A stretch of 64,000 nucleotides of DNA from Phoronis australis. Its lineage: Eukaryota > Animalia > Phoronida. The notes under the pieces are model-generated. The model made no database searches and was not told where the DNA came from. It saw nothing but the letters and a program-made list of their open reading frames with translations. Shown piece after piece: positions 1 to 12,682 of this stretch. How positions within the stretch are numbered: position 1 is the first letter of the stretch; each line of letters begins with the position of its first letter. The stretch is from the NCBI GenBank assembly GCA_002633005.1, contig NMRA01000765.1, positions 34,925-98,924 of the forward strand, given 5' to 3'. A program made the position numbers and the translations under genes.

Positions 1-129
1 CGTGATGGGGCTACTGTATTGTCAAAGGCCTACTTATATAACGACCTGGGTATGCTATGACACCGTATGTTGATGTTTTTCACCAATACACGTAGTTTAT
101 AAATAAAATAGTCATTTTGGCACTATACT

Positions 130-2490
130 AGGCTTTTAATAAATGTTAGTTTGCACACTACAGGTCGCATTTTTTGTCTGATACACAACAAATTTACAAA
201 CAAGTTGTAGTTCCAGAAGAACTTGAAGTCTATTGTTTCTCGTTGTGATCAGATTCAAAATGGCGGACCTAGTGGCCATTTTGTTTCCAAAATCAGATTC
301 AAATGCTCATAAAAGCCACAATGTTCGACAAGCACGACTGAAAATCGGTATGATTATTGTACCACATGGTTGCTACATATGTGCTGTAAATCAATTACTT
401 CTGGTCACAGATGGCGGAAATATTGCCAATTGCACATGCACACCTCAATTTTGGGATGAAAACCTTTTGTCCTCTAGAGGGCGTGTTGTAGGACCAATCG
501 CTTTGAAATATTTTTGGTGTTGGTTTTCTGCAGTCTACTGTTAAGTGACGGGTTAATACCCTGGGCGCTCAAACTGGGAAACCCTAAGACGGGGTGGGTG
601 ATTACCCAAGCAGTGGGCGCTCAAACCGAAAAATTGGCAAAATGTCAGGTTGGGCGATTATCCAAGCAGAGGGCACATACATCCAAGTTTTAGCCGAACT
701 GGGCAAGCTCACGGGGTGTTCATTGCAGCATGGAACTTGTAAGTTTGGTCAAACAGCTGAACCAGACAACCACAAAGTTTCTCACGGCTCAAACAGAAAT
801 AGGATTTCGACTTTGAAAGGGTGATTTCGCCAGAACGTAAACTCCAATGTTTTCAAATGTATTAGCGTACTGAAAAAATGTCATTCCACGGAGATTTATG
901 AAACTCGAATGGCAGTCCACTTACAGTATCAGCAAGTACGGTCTGTTTTAGATCAGTGAACAGGATTACAAGTCGTTTCCAGCGCCATTGTATTGTTAGT
1001 GTTGTTCGTACAACTGAGTCTAGTTGGAACACTTCCGGTTCCGTCTCGCCATTGTTAATGTCGTCTGCGTGTTAAACCTAATAAATTTTCGATTCACTAT
1101 TTAGTTCATCAGGCGCTCGATTAAAAACAAGGATGACTCATTCCTGGCCGAAAAAAACCGTTTGCAATTACGAGGGGGTTGAGAATAATTCCTCAATTCA
1201 AATCTTGGTTGACCCAGGAAATAAAGCTATCAAAATCACGTGCTCTGTGCATGCAATTACAATGAGAGGGGGTTTGATTAATTGGTCAATTCAAATATGG
1301 GTCAACACAGGAGAAAATTTTTGCAAAATCAAGTGCTCCATCTGAAACTACATGGCGATGTTTTGAAGTTTTACCTGTTCAAGCCAAACACTCAAAAAAC
1401 TTAATCTACTTAATTCGAAAAAGCATCCGAAATGGTGTCTGATACGAAAAAAATTTAGACTACGTAATTCGAAAACTTATCACCTAGACAAACCTACGTC
1501 GGTGACGAACAGGACGTTGTAGGCCTAATCTCGTAGTAGACTGGCGTCACTTCTATAAAAATCTACGGGAGCAAGCCTATATTAATTTAACAAAAGATCA
1601 GTGAATGAGTTTAAAAAAGGTACTTGCAGCACTTGAGTTATTCCATAAACGCCGGCTGAAAAACGTACTTTTCGAGACAATTGTGCGCAGGTGTAAGCAC
1701 GCCATTTTCCGCAAACACGGAAGTCTAACCCCGAGGCAAAGCTGTGAACAAAAGCAAGATTTCAAGCACAAGTTCTCTAACCGGTAAGTTGGGGATTCGC
1801 GATTATCCAAGAGGTGGGCGCTTACGTGGAAATTAGAACGAAGTAGGGGATGGGCGATTACCCAAGCAGTGGGCGCTTAAACCGAAAATTGATAAAGTCG
1901 GGGATGAGCGATTACCCAGGCATGTGCATTTACGTAGTATTGTGAAGAGCTGCTAAACTGGAAGTTGTTATCAAAATGGCAGATCTTACGCATTTGCATC
2001 CTTTTTCAATCATGCCGTGATGACAATTTGAATGGATAGTCGAACTGACTTGAATTTTTGTATGTGGATTTTCTGAGGTATACTCTTTTCCAATGACCTA
2101 TAACAATTTTTTCTCAGACTTGCACCTTTTGAGTTGTTTGACTTTCAATTTCAAAAAATGCATAATTTGAGGCTTTTTGAGAAGTTTACGGAATTTTGTG
2201 AAACCACACGTTAGATAGTTTCAACCGGGATTTCAGATGTTTTCCATTTTTTGCTAGGACGCCTACTTTTGGAATATTAGAGATTTTCTGGCAGACATGC
2301 CAGCCATTTTGTTTTCGAAATCAGATTCCAATGATCGCAGGGGCCAGAATTTTTTACGTATATGGCTGAAAATCGGCACGATTGTTATAGAAGACAGGTA
2401 CTAAAGATTGACCTTATTATGCACTTCTGGTCCAAGATGGCGGAATTATCAGGCAATGTGATTGGACACCTCGATTTAAGGATGTACTAA
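130..2490. repeat. Interspersed repeat with an internal duplicated segment (about 270-460 resembles about 2300-2480), interrupted by a MITE
   Basis: The string gccattttgttt..aaatcagattc..aatg..gctgaaaatcgg..cttctggtc..agatggcggaa occurs twice; boundaries approximate. Confidence 0.5.
536..1940. mobile_element. Non-autonomous DNA element (Tc1/pogo-like MITE) with gggcgct/gattacccaagcagtgggcgct subterminal repeats
   Basis: The motif gggcgattacccaagcagtgggcgct..aaaccgaaaatt occurs near both ends (595-660, 1850-1920); about 545-940 is homologous to about 60615-60985. Confidence 0.55.
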
Positions 2491-3989
2491 GTAGAGCGCA
2501 CTTGGTGGAAGGGTAAATTCACGAAAAGGGGTACAATCACAGTGATGTCAAAAACATAATTTATGTCTGTTTCTGAGGTTATTAAACTATGAAAGTTAAT
2601 ATATTGAAGAGATAACAGAGATAGTTTCATGTGGTTATCTTTCAAAGTTCTCACAGAGTTCACAGTTTGATCTCAAAATTAAGCATATTTACGGACTCGG
2701 AAGTTTGACATCCGTAACCGGCCATTTTCTAATGAAGTTAAAACCCTTGCACAAGGCTGCAATTCTTGTTTGTTTATTTCAAATCTTTACAGGAATGAAT
2801 AAAATAGCTAAAATTCGTTGCAGATCTATCCATAACACTGTATAATTAGGCAAATTAATTACTTACAAATGTGATAACGGGAGTGACGCATTCCATCGAA
2901 CCAGTGGACAAAATTCAGACGAATGATTTCCCATATTGCTGACGACCGGTGATTTCAGACTGTTTGACAAAAGTAAGTTAAAGCTACACCCGAAATGGTA
3001 GGACAGTTCTTTCGCAATGATTTTGTTGAACAAATGTTTCATTCAAAAGCACCTCTGTGAATTCCGTCAAACAATCACGAACGACCCTTAGCAGCGTCCA
3101 AAATTGAACATTTTTCAAAGTACACCACTTTACTAAGCAAGTCAACCATGAGGTAAATGAATTCCATCAAACAATTTTACCACGTCACGACCATTATCGA
3201 AACCCAGTGTCCAACATTTGATTGGCAAATTTTGTAGATATAATTGATTGATTGTTTATACCATCAAATTCACGGCACAGGATTCACGGTAAAACACGCA
3301 CAAGTGTCATTTTCGTTTTCAAGCATGTGCGACTACGAAACGAGGACGAACTGATAACAGCCGTGACAAACAACAATGCCCGTCAAAATTGTGTGTCAAG
3401 TCACGACCGTTATTCAGTATGTCAATCGTCACGACCACAATTTTTGTAAATATTCTATTGAAAATCATCACGAATTTGTTATAATGTGTATTTATGTTCA
3501 AAGTATGTCCTGAAAATGATAGGTGCGTGTCACAAGCTCCATTTCCAGAGATAAAAAGGAGACCGTATATAGGCGAAATAAAGGTCATTTATTATGACTG
3601 ATTATGGTACAAAAATAGTAGTGTAAAATAACAAAATAATAATCTCTGGAAAGATGGGCAATAAAAAGTACAGCACTCAGGTAAGACGAACCACCGGAAA
3701 AAGGGGGTGGCAGTGGGTGGGAAAAAATGAAGAGAGATTATAGCCAAACGCAAGTGATGCTAAAGCGAAGGTATGACAGGAAACATATGATTACTGAGAC
3801 CAAATGCTAACCCTAAGACACGTGATAATAATTAGCCAATAGGCGCCAGGAGCTGACCAAACTCGAGGCACATGACAGAAACGAACCAGTAGTGAGGCTG
3901 GTAGTGAAAGGTCCTAGTGCGTGTGAAAACGATGAAAAGGACTGCATGCGAATCTACACAAAGGATTAATGGACCAGTTTGAATGAAGG

Positions 3990-6500
3990 AACAAGAGCAA
4001 TGCAGAGCGTTGAAATGCGCCCACGAATGCACCGCAAACGATGTACTTCTAGAGTTATTCATTACTATCATGAAAATGGCCACTAGATGGTGCAACTAGT
4101 CCACTACATCTGAAAACAGAACATGCCACCGATTCTTTAATAGAAAGCTATTTACCATATTTCCTAGAAATTTGTCAAGGAACTTCAGAGAAAAGGAAAG
4201 CAGAAAAATGAAATTGCCACCAGGGGGCGCAGCATCCGCCTCAAAGTCGTCATCTATTGTTAGCTTCATATGAATACACTTACTTAATTTAATCAAGATA
4301 CTGCATCGGGTTTAGGATATACAGCTACAGCCGCAAAACAAAACGAAACAAAACAAAACCACCACTTGGAGGTGCCACAGTAACTGAAGTTGTCAGCGTA
4401 ACCAACCTCTTCACACTGAGTACATGCCAATTTTCAAAATCATTCTTAGAATGGTTTGGTTGATAGACGGGTGGATGCCAAAAAACAAGACTCCAAAACA
4501 GTAAAAATGGCCTCTAGGTGGTGCAAAATACCTAAAATACATCCGAAAACGGGAGGATAGCGTCAACTCCCCAATAGATTCCTATATTCCAAATTATATG
4601 AAAATACGTATAGGACTTTTGAAGGTACAAAGGTAAACATAAACAAGAGCAACGCAGAGCATTGAAATGCGCCCTTAATTGCACCGCATACGGTATCCTT
4701 CTAGGGTTGTTTACTGGTACCATAAAGTGGCCAGTAGAGGGCATATATGTAGTATGTTGTACTTTGCAAAATGGAAAGGCATGGTCATTGTCTCCTCAAT
4801 AGGCTAGGGGCAAAATGTGAGTGATCTTCATAATACAAGCACATCCTATACATCAGTTGCTTAAAGCGCCACAGAAACATAGAATTAAAAACAAATTTAC
4901 CAACATACGAGATTAGCACAGCATTAGAATGCCAGAAACAAATTTCTACTTGGAACTTTTCCTTCATAGTCACGAAGTAACACAAAGTATACACTTGAAG
5001 ACCTATGAAAATACAGAGGTCAATGTAAAATACTAAAATTGCCACTAGAGGCATACCGGTAGTCAGAATCATCCTAAAGTCGTCATCGTCCGTTGTCAAC
5101 ATCACATAAATACACTTGCTAAATTTAGTAAAGATCCTGCAAACGGTTTGGGAGATACAGCCATGGGCGCAAAAAAAAAAAACTGCCACTAGGAGGCGCC
5201 ACAGTAGTCCAAATCGTCTGAAAATCATTGTCAGCTGTCTTCCTTATAGTAAGCACATACACGCCAATTTTCACAATCATCCTTTGAGCGGTTTGGTTGA
5301 TAGAGGGGTGGACGCAAAAATACAGACTCGAAAACAGTAAAAATGGCCACTAGGTGGCGCAAACTACGTCGAATCCATCTGAAAACAGTAGGATAGCGTC
5401 ATCTCACTAATAGGTGCCTACATACCAAATTTCATGAAAATCCGTTCAATACTTTTGAAGATACAAAGGTAAGCGTAAAAAACTAAAATTGCCACTAGGG
5501 GGCACACCGGTAGTCGGATCCGACCAAAAGTCGTCATCTTCCGTTGTTAACATCATATAAATATACTTACACAATTTGTAAAGATCCTGCGAACGGTTTA
5601 GGAGATACAGCCATAGGCGCAAAAAAACAAAACTGCCACTAGGAGGCGCCACAGTAGTCGAAATCGTCGGAAAATCATCGTCAACCATCCTCTACATAGT
5701 AAGCATATACATGCCAATTTTCACAATCATCCTTTGAGCGGTTTGGTTGATAGAGGGGTGGACGCACAAAAACAGACTCGAAAACACTAAAAATGGCCAC
5801 TAGGTGGCGCAAACTATGTCGAATCCATCTGAAAACGGGAGGATAGCGTCATCTCACTAATAGGTGCCTACATACCAAATTTCATGAAAATCCAATAAGG
5901 ACTTGTGAAGATACAAAGGTAAGCGTAAAAAAATTAAAATTGCCACTAGGGGGCACACCGGTAGTCGGATCCGTCCGAAAGTTCGCACATGCCGTCCCAT
6001 TCATGAATGGAATAAATGTCCCAAATTTCATGAACATATGTCAAAGGGTTTTGGAGATAGAGCAGCAGACGCCGGACGGACGCCGCCCGTACGGACGGAC
6101 GGACGGAGATGACGGCATAATGCGTCCACATATAAATATGTGGGCGCAAAACTAAAACTGCCACTAGGGGACGCACTGGTTATTTGATTCTGTGCGAAAG
6201 TCGTCACTGTCCGTTGCCACCATCATATAAACACACTTGCCAAGTTTAGTACAGATCCTGCACAGGGTTTAGGAGATACAGCCATGGGCGCAAAGAAAAC
6301 AAAACTGCCACTACAAGGCACCACAGTAGTCGAAGTCATTGGAAAATCATAGTCAGCCATCCTCTTGATGGTAAAAACATACATCATCCTTAGAGCGGTT
6401 TGGTTGATAGAGGGGTGGACGCCACATAACAGACTTGAAAAACAGTAAAAATGGCCACTAAGAAGCGCAAACTAGGTCAAATCCATCTGAAAATGTCATG
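3990..6500 (+). mobile_element. Helentron-associated (HINE-like) element with a tandem core; a second copy is nested at about 4642-6150
   Basis: 5' end aacaagagcaa..gcattgaaatgcgccc at 3990 and 4642; 450-bp tandem unit (atctcactaa at 5401 and 5851); (GGAC)n microsatellite at 6072-6107; 3' hairpin tgcgtccacatataaatatgtgggcgca. Confidence 0.7.
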
Positions 6501-6749
6501 AATTCTCATGAAGTTAATTAAGTGCAAATTTCATCATTTCCTATGACGTACAACTATCCCAACAAAACAGTTTATGTTATATAACAATTCCGGACATCTT
6601 GTGTTGTTGTTTACTATTTCACTGACCAGTGCCCACTCATAGTGAAACCCTATATGCCAAACAGCTGCCCAGACTCCATTCATGTTTATGAGTTGGATGA
6701 AATCACCAGAACTCTCAATATTGTTGTTGTTTTGCACTCACAACCCACT

Positions 6750-7070
6750 CATATTTCTATTCACTATATATATTGTAGCTAGAGTTAATAAACTTCGTGT
6801 GTCAGTAGAAACTCAACGACTGTGTTAGTTTTTATGCTGCTCTCCATCGACTTGCTGTTGCTACCTTGTTAGCCAACTATCTACCGTTCAATCAAGAACC
6901 GGGTAAACCCACACATATTTCTATTCACTATATATATTGTAGCTAGAGTTAATAAACTTTGTGTGTCAGTAGAAACTCAACGACTGTGTTAGTTTTAATG
7001 CTGCTCTCCATCGACTTGCTGTTGCTACCTTGTTAGCCAACTATCTACCGTTCAATCAAGAACCGGGTAA
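6750..7070. repeat. Near-perfect tandem duplication, 2 x about 164 bp, LTR-fragment-like
   Basis: catatttctattcactatatatattgtagctagagttaataaac...caagaaccgggtaa starts at 6750 and 6914. Confidence 0.85.
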
Positions 7071-7083
7071 TCCCCCAACTATA

Positions 7084-7199
7084 CTACCACGACCATCCCC
7101 ACACTTGTGGAATCTGTGTCTCCACATTGCCGATATTTCCATCATTGCTGGTGCCATTACTACAACCATCAGGGGGTTCAAACGCTCCAGACAGTGTCT
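7084..7199 (-). CDS. PKHD1L1: PKHD1L1-like gene, probable last coding exon (cytoplasmic tail ETLSGAFEPPDGCSNGTSNDGNIGNVETQIPQVWGWSW*)
   Basis: AG acceptor 71 nt after the TM-exon donor, phase-1 compatible, open to TAG at 7084-7086; the polypyrimidine tract is weak. Confidence 0.5.
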
Positions 7200-7270
7200 C
7201 TACCATGTATATTTAAAGCTAATGGCCATTTCTACAGTTCTCACCACAACTATTGGAACAATTAACTCAC

Positions 7271-7382
7271 CATTCTTCTTCTTGAGCAGGATTACTAGGA
7301 TGACTATGGTCACAATAAGACCCACACCTACTAGAGCACAAACAACAACAGCTGCGATTGGAATCTGCAGTGAAGAAGACCC
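7271..7382 (-). CDS. PKHD1L1: PKHD1L1-like gene, transmembrane exon (GSSSLQIPIAAVVVCALVGVGLIVTIVILVILLKKKN)
   Basis: ctttccag acceptor, gtgagt donor, hydrophobic helix followed by KKK stop-transfer; phase 0 to 1. Confidence 0.85.
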
Positions 7383-8356
7383 CTGGAAAGAACAGAGTTT
7401 ACTACACAATTTTTCAGTATGCATAGCGATCATTTCAATTCACGCTCACCTAAAGCAGTAATAGACAACAGCAACTCACAGAGATCGGTGCTCTACACAT
7501 TCCCACTGAAACCAGCAACAAGACCATATAGAGAAGAAATTACTCCTGTTCAAAGCCTATCTTCAACCGTAACACAATGTAAAATTGGTTCCTACAGTAT
7601 GTCAAGAGCAACGCTCTGAACCCACTAGTGCCATAAATTGCCAAATGTAACAAACTGTTAGGCGTATTGGCACGCTTTTGTCTATGACACCGCGAGAATC
7701 ACCTTTCAATTCAAACCGCTGAGATTAACACCCGCACGCAATGGTGTTTTGTTCAGATCCCTCTTCAATACAACCTTTTGTTGTTAGTGCTGGGATCTCG
7801 CGGTGACGTAACATGGCACGAAAAGGCAGCTTCACTTATCATTTGACGGGCTCACACTTGCGTGATTGAACTCGCGTTTTCTTATTTTACTAAAGCTTTG
7901 CTAGGACTATCTGGTTAGCACAATACATCTAAAGTAACAAAATACCCCGTCGAAGTTAGGCTTCAAGGTCTTGGGAACAGTATCTCATTACAGCACGTCA
8001 CAAAAGATTTAATGACTAGTCCTCAACTTTCATAACACGCAAAATTTGGAGTGAAAACTTGGTATAACGCAGAGGATCCATTCACACATTTCAACTGATC
8101 AGTGAAGAATTTGAAACAGAAATCTTTAAAATAAAATAGACCACGTTAATTTTTTTTATCCACACTAGGGTGATGCTCATCTCTCACAGTTTTACCCAGC
8201 AAATATTTGATAGACCACAGTGCAGAAACACTGGTGAAAACATATTATTAAGTCAAAAATTAAAAAATAAAGGTAAAATAATTTGTGTAATAACTCTATT
8301 ACAAGAATCTGCAACACTTGCATCTCATTATCTCATTATGGCGTTCTCCCGTTGAG

Positions 8357-8815
8357 TCCAACTTGTTTGATTGAATAGCAAAACAAGTTGGGAAAGGATG
8401 ACCACTGCAGCCAATACCTTACACAACTGAAGAAGTAAGTCCATTCTGGCATTTATGGTTGGAGGGTTAGCTCTCTTTTGTTCGATAACTGTTCTAATCT
8501 CCAAATCATATCTAGCCAGCTGACTGGGCCGTGCTGTTAAAAATAAAAGTTAAGTTATGAAATGGTGGAACATAAATCAATAACGTTACTGAATTCCTCG
8601 TCAAATGCTGATCATGTTTATTTTTTGAATTGCCAAAATTGCCCATACTACAACCAAAGTTAAGACAATATATCATGTCTGATTAGCGTACCAATGCACT
8701 GGGTTTGACTGTTGACACGTGGCCGGTAACAAGCCTGGTTGATAACTGGCCTGCATGTTGTCATACCAGACAAAAGACTGTGCTCGGCAGTTAACAAAGG
8801 AGTTAGGTGTCATCA
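8357..8815 (-). repeat. Copy of an about 500-bp dispersed repeat family ending in a hairpin
   Basis: Reverse complement matches copies at 21.8, 30.9, 56.1 and 61.6 kb; ccaacttgttt..aacaagttggga hairpin. Confidence 0.75.
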
Positions 8816-9579
8816 CACACTCACAACTGCTCTGTGTCTGGTAAAGCAACTGAATAGGAGAACGCCCTAATGTGATAAAATGGAAATGATTCGATGGAAT
8901 TAACCTCGTATTCATTAATTTGGGTTAACTGCTTAGAGTTCAGTATCTACCCAGCTGCGAATGAAAAACTGCATAGCTTAAAATTACCACTGAGTTTACG
9001 TACATCTCCCGTCTTTTCCTTACTTCTTTCGGCACACAACGAAATGACCTACAAACATCTATGACATGTCATTAACAGTCCAGGAATCAAGGTCTAATCT
9101 CCAAATTCAAAATCATATCAGACTCAAAACAGCCAATCACACTGCATCATGTGATTACAAGTTGGTACGTTAATTCAAAGTATGTCAATTTCCAAGTTGA
9201 GTTTCGACTACAAACATTACACCCCCGCCGTACTCTCACCACTGAATCTGCAAGCTTGTTCAGCTTTATGAGAAGTCTCCAAGAAAAGATCAATAAAGCT
9301 GACGACCTCCTGACTTGACCTTCCACTCCACGACAACTTGTGTGCAGTTGACCTGAGTGGGGCCAAGTCTTAGGATACCACACCAAACCAAAATACAATT
9401 ATCCTAACACACTTTATACCACAATATCAGCCTCGAATGACCAAGATTACTGTGTAATAACCCATTTAGTTTATTAAACGACGTTACATAAGATTTTGGC
9501 GGGACACCCAATATACCACAATATCAGCCTCGAATGACTAATACATTTAGTTTATTAAACGACATTACATAACATTTTG

Positions 9580-9660
9580 GCGGGACACCCAGGCCAGTTT
9601 CGAACCCGCTCCACAAAAGTTTCGAGTCGTCGACTTACGGTCACTGCACCACTCAGCAGC
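9580..9660 (-). mobile_element. tRNA-derived SINE head or tRNA-like pseudogene
   Basis: Minus strand has A-box-like TGGTGCAGTGAC and B-box GGTTCGAAAC at tRNA spacing; adjacent local duplication at 9414-9590. Confidence 0.45.
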
Positions 9661-10220
9661 TGACATCATCGAACGTGAAAAAAGAATACTTATAAGTGAG
9701 CACACGCAATAATCGCATGTTCAACAAAGGGCATTATATCGACATTTATACACAATGAAAAGTACGACGCATAATTTCCACAAAAAAAAAACATTTTAAT
9801 TCAGTTACATTTATCTCTCATTTTCTCTCACTTGTAAATCATTGATCTCCAATTTGAATGGGGGTACTGCGTCGGTGGGCGGATCCTTTGACTTAGGCAT
9901 TATACTCACTGACAGTAAGCAGTGGTAACCTACTTTAGAAGACGATATTTTCACGGTCGAAGCTTAGTGTGTTGAAATGCACAGTAAGCTAGACTAGTTG
10001 CTAAAACGTAATTTACAGAATTCACTTTATTTCTATTTTGTTTAAATGTTCAATTGCTTTTGAGTAAAAACATTATTTTGACAAAAATAATTCGGCTTTT
10101 CTTAAAAGGACACGACCTCTGACCCCAGACCTCTGACATAGAAAGTAGTTACAAAGTCGAGATGAGTCGAGAAAGGTATATCGATTCTTTGCAATGTTTC
10201 TCGTTCAGTATGTGGTATGA

Positions 10221-10383
10221 ATAGATTATTACATGTTCTCAGTCGTTATCCCCTTATCTAGAACCCGAGTGGATTTTGTAGAATTATCACCCTCGGGGCT
10301 AGGCCTGATCGGGTGATAATTCTCCAAAATCCACTAGGGCTCTAAATTACTGGTTATAACGACTTCGCCATGTAATAATCTAT
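10221..10383. repeat. Fold-back (palindromic) MITE-like element
   Basis: atagattattacatg...catgtaataatctat termini and inner arms gtggattttgtagaattatcacc / ggtgataattctccaaaatccac. Confidence 0.8.
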
Positions 10384-10882
10384 ATGTATTATTCTGATGA
10401 AAAGAGGACAATGTTAGCTTTGTTATAATTATTATAACGAGATGGATTCACAGGTAAACAGGTAAACAAAAATAAGTATAAGAACAACAGGTACACAAAT
10501 ATCCCCAGCTACAAGGACTTGTCACATTGTTAAAATGTTACAAAATGAGATAGCCAACACCTTTTAGTTGATTTCGTTTTCTCACTTCTACAAGTCAACT
10601 AGTTTTACACTAGCCTCCTAATATTTTCAAATGATAATTAAACATAATTGCTGAAGACTGAACAGAAGGTGCAGGATATGTATACTCCACAAAAGTCAGG
10701 AGCTAATATACAGCGTGCTGAGACCAACAAAGCCTCGTAGTTCATATTATTTAGAATACACAGCCAACCAACAGCAGGAGAAGTAACACGATAATGAACA
10801 ACTCACTCCACATTATTGTTATTACTATCAAAAAATTATCCGTTTTTGTTTCAGATTTAGCAAATCATATCTAGTTACTCAC

Positions 10883-10921
10883 CCCATCATTTGTGTTTTT
10901 CGATGAAGGCACTTCCAAAGT
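10883..10921 (-). CDS. PKHD1L1: PKHD1L1-like gene, stalk micro-exon (TLEVPSSKNTNDG), 39 nt
   Basis: ttttcttcag acceptor, gtgagt donor, phase 0-0, no stop. Confidence 0.7.
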
Positions 10922-11521
10922 CTGAAGAAAATTTACTGTATAAATTAGCACTGAAGCTCTAAATGATTTCACCAAGTACTTTAGGATTTCCCAAAATGTC
11001 GCTGTTCAACCAATGAAAAATAAAATCACCTCTTGCAAAAATTATGTGCACAGAAACACGGCAACTTAACAAAGGAGAGTTTGTGATACTGAGATATGAC
11101 TGCAAACTGGCATGCTTTTAATCATACATGTAGAATCAATGTATAGATGACATTAAGCAATGGTAAGACATTTTGATTTAGCTTACTACCTGAAGGCTGA
11201 AGCCATAACCACAGGTCTTGGGTGGCCCTATTTCGAAGGCGCACAACCCAAAAATCATAAAACGAAAGTTCAGGCAAAACTAAAAGAGCATAGATATTTT
11301 AGAATATTGTTTAATGTCCATTTTGTGTCATTTTTATCTCGAGATAACTTCTTTGTAATAAAAAGAAAACTTGTGAATGGCTTTGAATTTTATTGTATCT
11401 GCTTCTAGAAGGCAATGTAAAGTTGTCCCTACACCTCGCTATAGTTTACTTTAAGAGAAAGTTTCATCACCATGGATACAAACAATTTTGGGTAGTGCCA
11501 CTAGGTTCATGTTTAAAAGTC

Positions 11522-11661
11522 AGAATACCATTTTGTATTGGTACAACAATTTTTTAAATTAACGTAAAAATCCAGTCAGCCAGCTTTTGAACATTTTAAG
11601 CAGGCAGACTTGACTTTTATGTTTAAAAAATTGTTGTACCATAATTACAAAATGGTATTCT
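11522..11661. repeat. Fold-back inverted repeat
   Basis: agaataccattttgtattggtacaacaattttttaaa / tttaaaaaattgttgtaccataattacaaaatggtattct. Confidence 0.8.
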
Positions 11662-11726
11662 CAAAAGGAATCACTAATCAATTTTAGATAGCTGCTACAG
11701 TATGGGTGAATTATAATCTTACTTAC

Positions 11727-11777
11727 AGACAGCGGTGCTGTTACAGTTGGGCTCCGTGTTGATGGTACTTGCTTGCT
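11727..11777 (-). CDS. PKHD1L1: PKHD1L1-like gene, stalk micro-exon (SKQVPSTRSPTVTAPLS), 51 nt
   Basis: aattag acceptor, gtaagt donor, phase 0-0, S/T/P-rich. Confidence 0.75.
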
Positions 11778-12358
11778 CTAATTAAGTGAAATTAGTATTT
11801 AACAGCATAAAGACATACAATGTGACATCAAATACAATACAAAAGGGCAGTGGCATGCTTCACTACAGCAGTGCTATCACTGAAGAGGCCACCCTTATTT
11901 TAAATATCACAATCATAAATAAAAACTACAACATAACACTATTTGATCGCGATGGACCGACCCGAGTGGCCACACCCGGCACTACGGTCTGTCAAAATTG
12001 CCCAGTAAACCGCAAGCTTTTGACATGTGAGTCATGCCCGCACACATCAGCCAATGGCATTAAGATAAAAATAGTCTAACAACACAAGACATTCGTTTTC
12101 ACTTTGTAGCTCTTTTGAGAGATTTTAATAAATAACACACCTGAAACCTCCATAAAATCTGATGCCACATGACTGTGCATGTGTATTGACGAAGTTAACG
12201 CAGAGATCGCTAAGTTCAACCGATTTAATTTAATAACTATTACAGTACTACGCTTGTAAAGCGGTTCCCTTTGTTCCTAAAATTTTCTGTTAAAAATACA
12301 GGTTACAGTTATTAACTCTTGTACGCAGTATGAATGGACGAAGTATAATCATACTTAC

Positions 12359-12400
12359 ATCTGGTGTCACAGTTGTTGATGGTACTGTTCGTAGCTGTGC
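12359..12400 (-). CDS. PKHD1L1: PKHD1L1-like gene, stalk micro-exon (AQLRTVPSTTVTPD), 42 nt
   Basis: tttaatcag acceptor, gtaagt donor, phase 0-0. Confidence 0.75.
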
Positions 12401-12646
12401 CTGATTAAATGAAATCTAATTAACAGCCTGAAGACATAAAATGCGAGACCAAATACACTGCACTTGGAAGTCAAAAGGGTGGGGTATGTTTCACGAAAAT
12501 GTCAAACCGAAATTTTTACATAGCCCAGTTTAAGTAGTGACTTACAACTGGTCATTAAGTTTCAGATTTTATATATCTCTTTAGATTGTGTGAAAAAACA
12601 GGGCAAAGTTATGGCACAAAAGTGACACAGGCCCCCACATGCTCCT

Positions 12647-12682
12647 TCAGGGTCAGGGTCAGGGTCAGGGTCAGGGTCAGGG
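12647..12682 (+). repeat. (TCAGGG)6 telomere-variant microsatellite
   Basis: Six exact copies flanked by an about 47-bp direct duplication. Confidence 0.9.

Noticed and set aside
3832-3953. Alternative terminal exon candidate with a tgtgtag acceptor
   Set aside because: Hydrophobic, tail-atypical peptide; the closer 7084-7199 candidate fits better, though neither is proven
11786-12079. Duplicated 97-aa and 74-aa plus-strand ORFs with Cys pairs
   Set aside because: Explained by recent duplication of intron DNA; no recognisable domain or splice support
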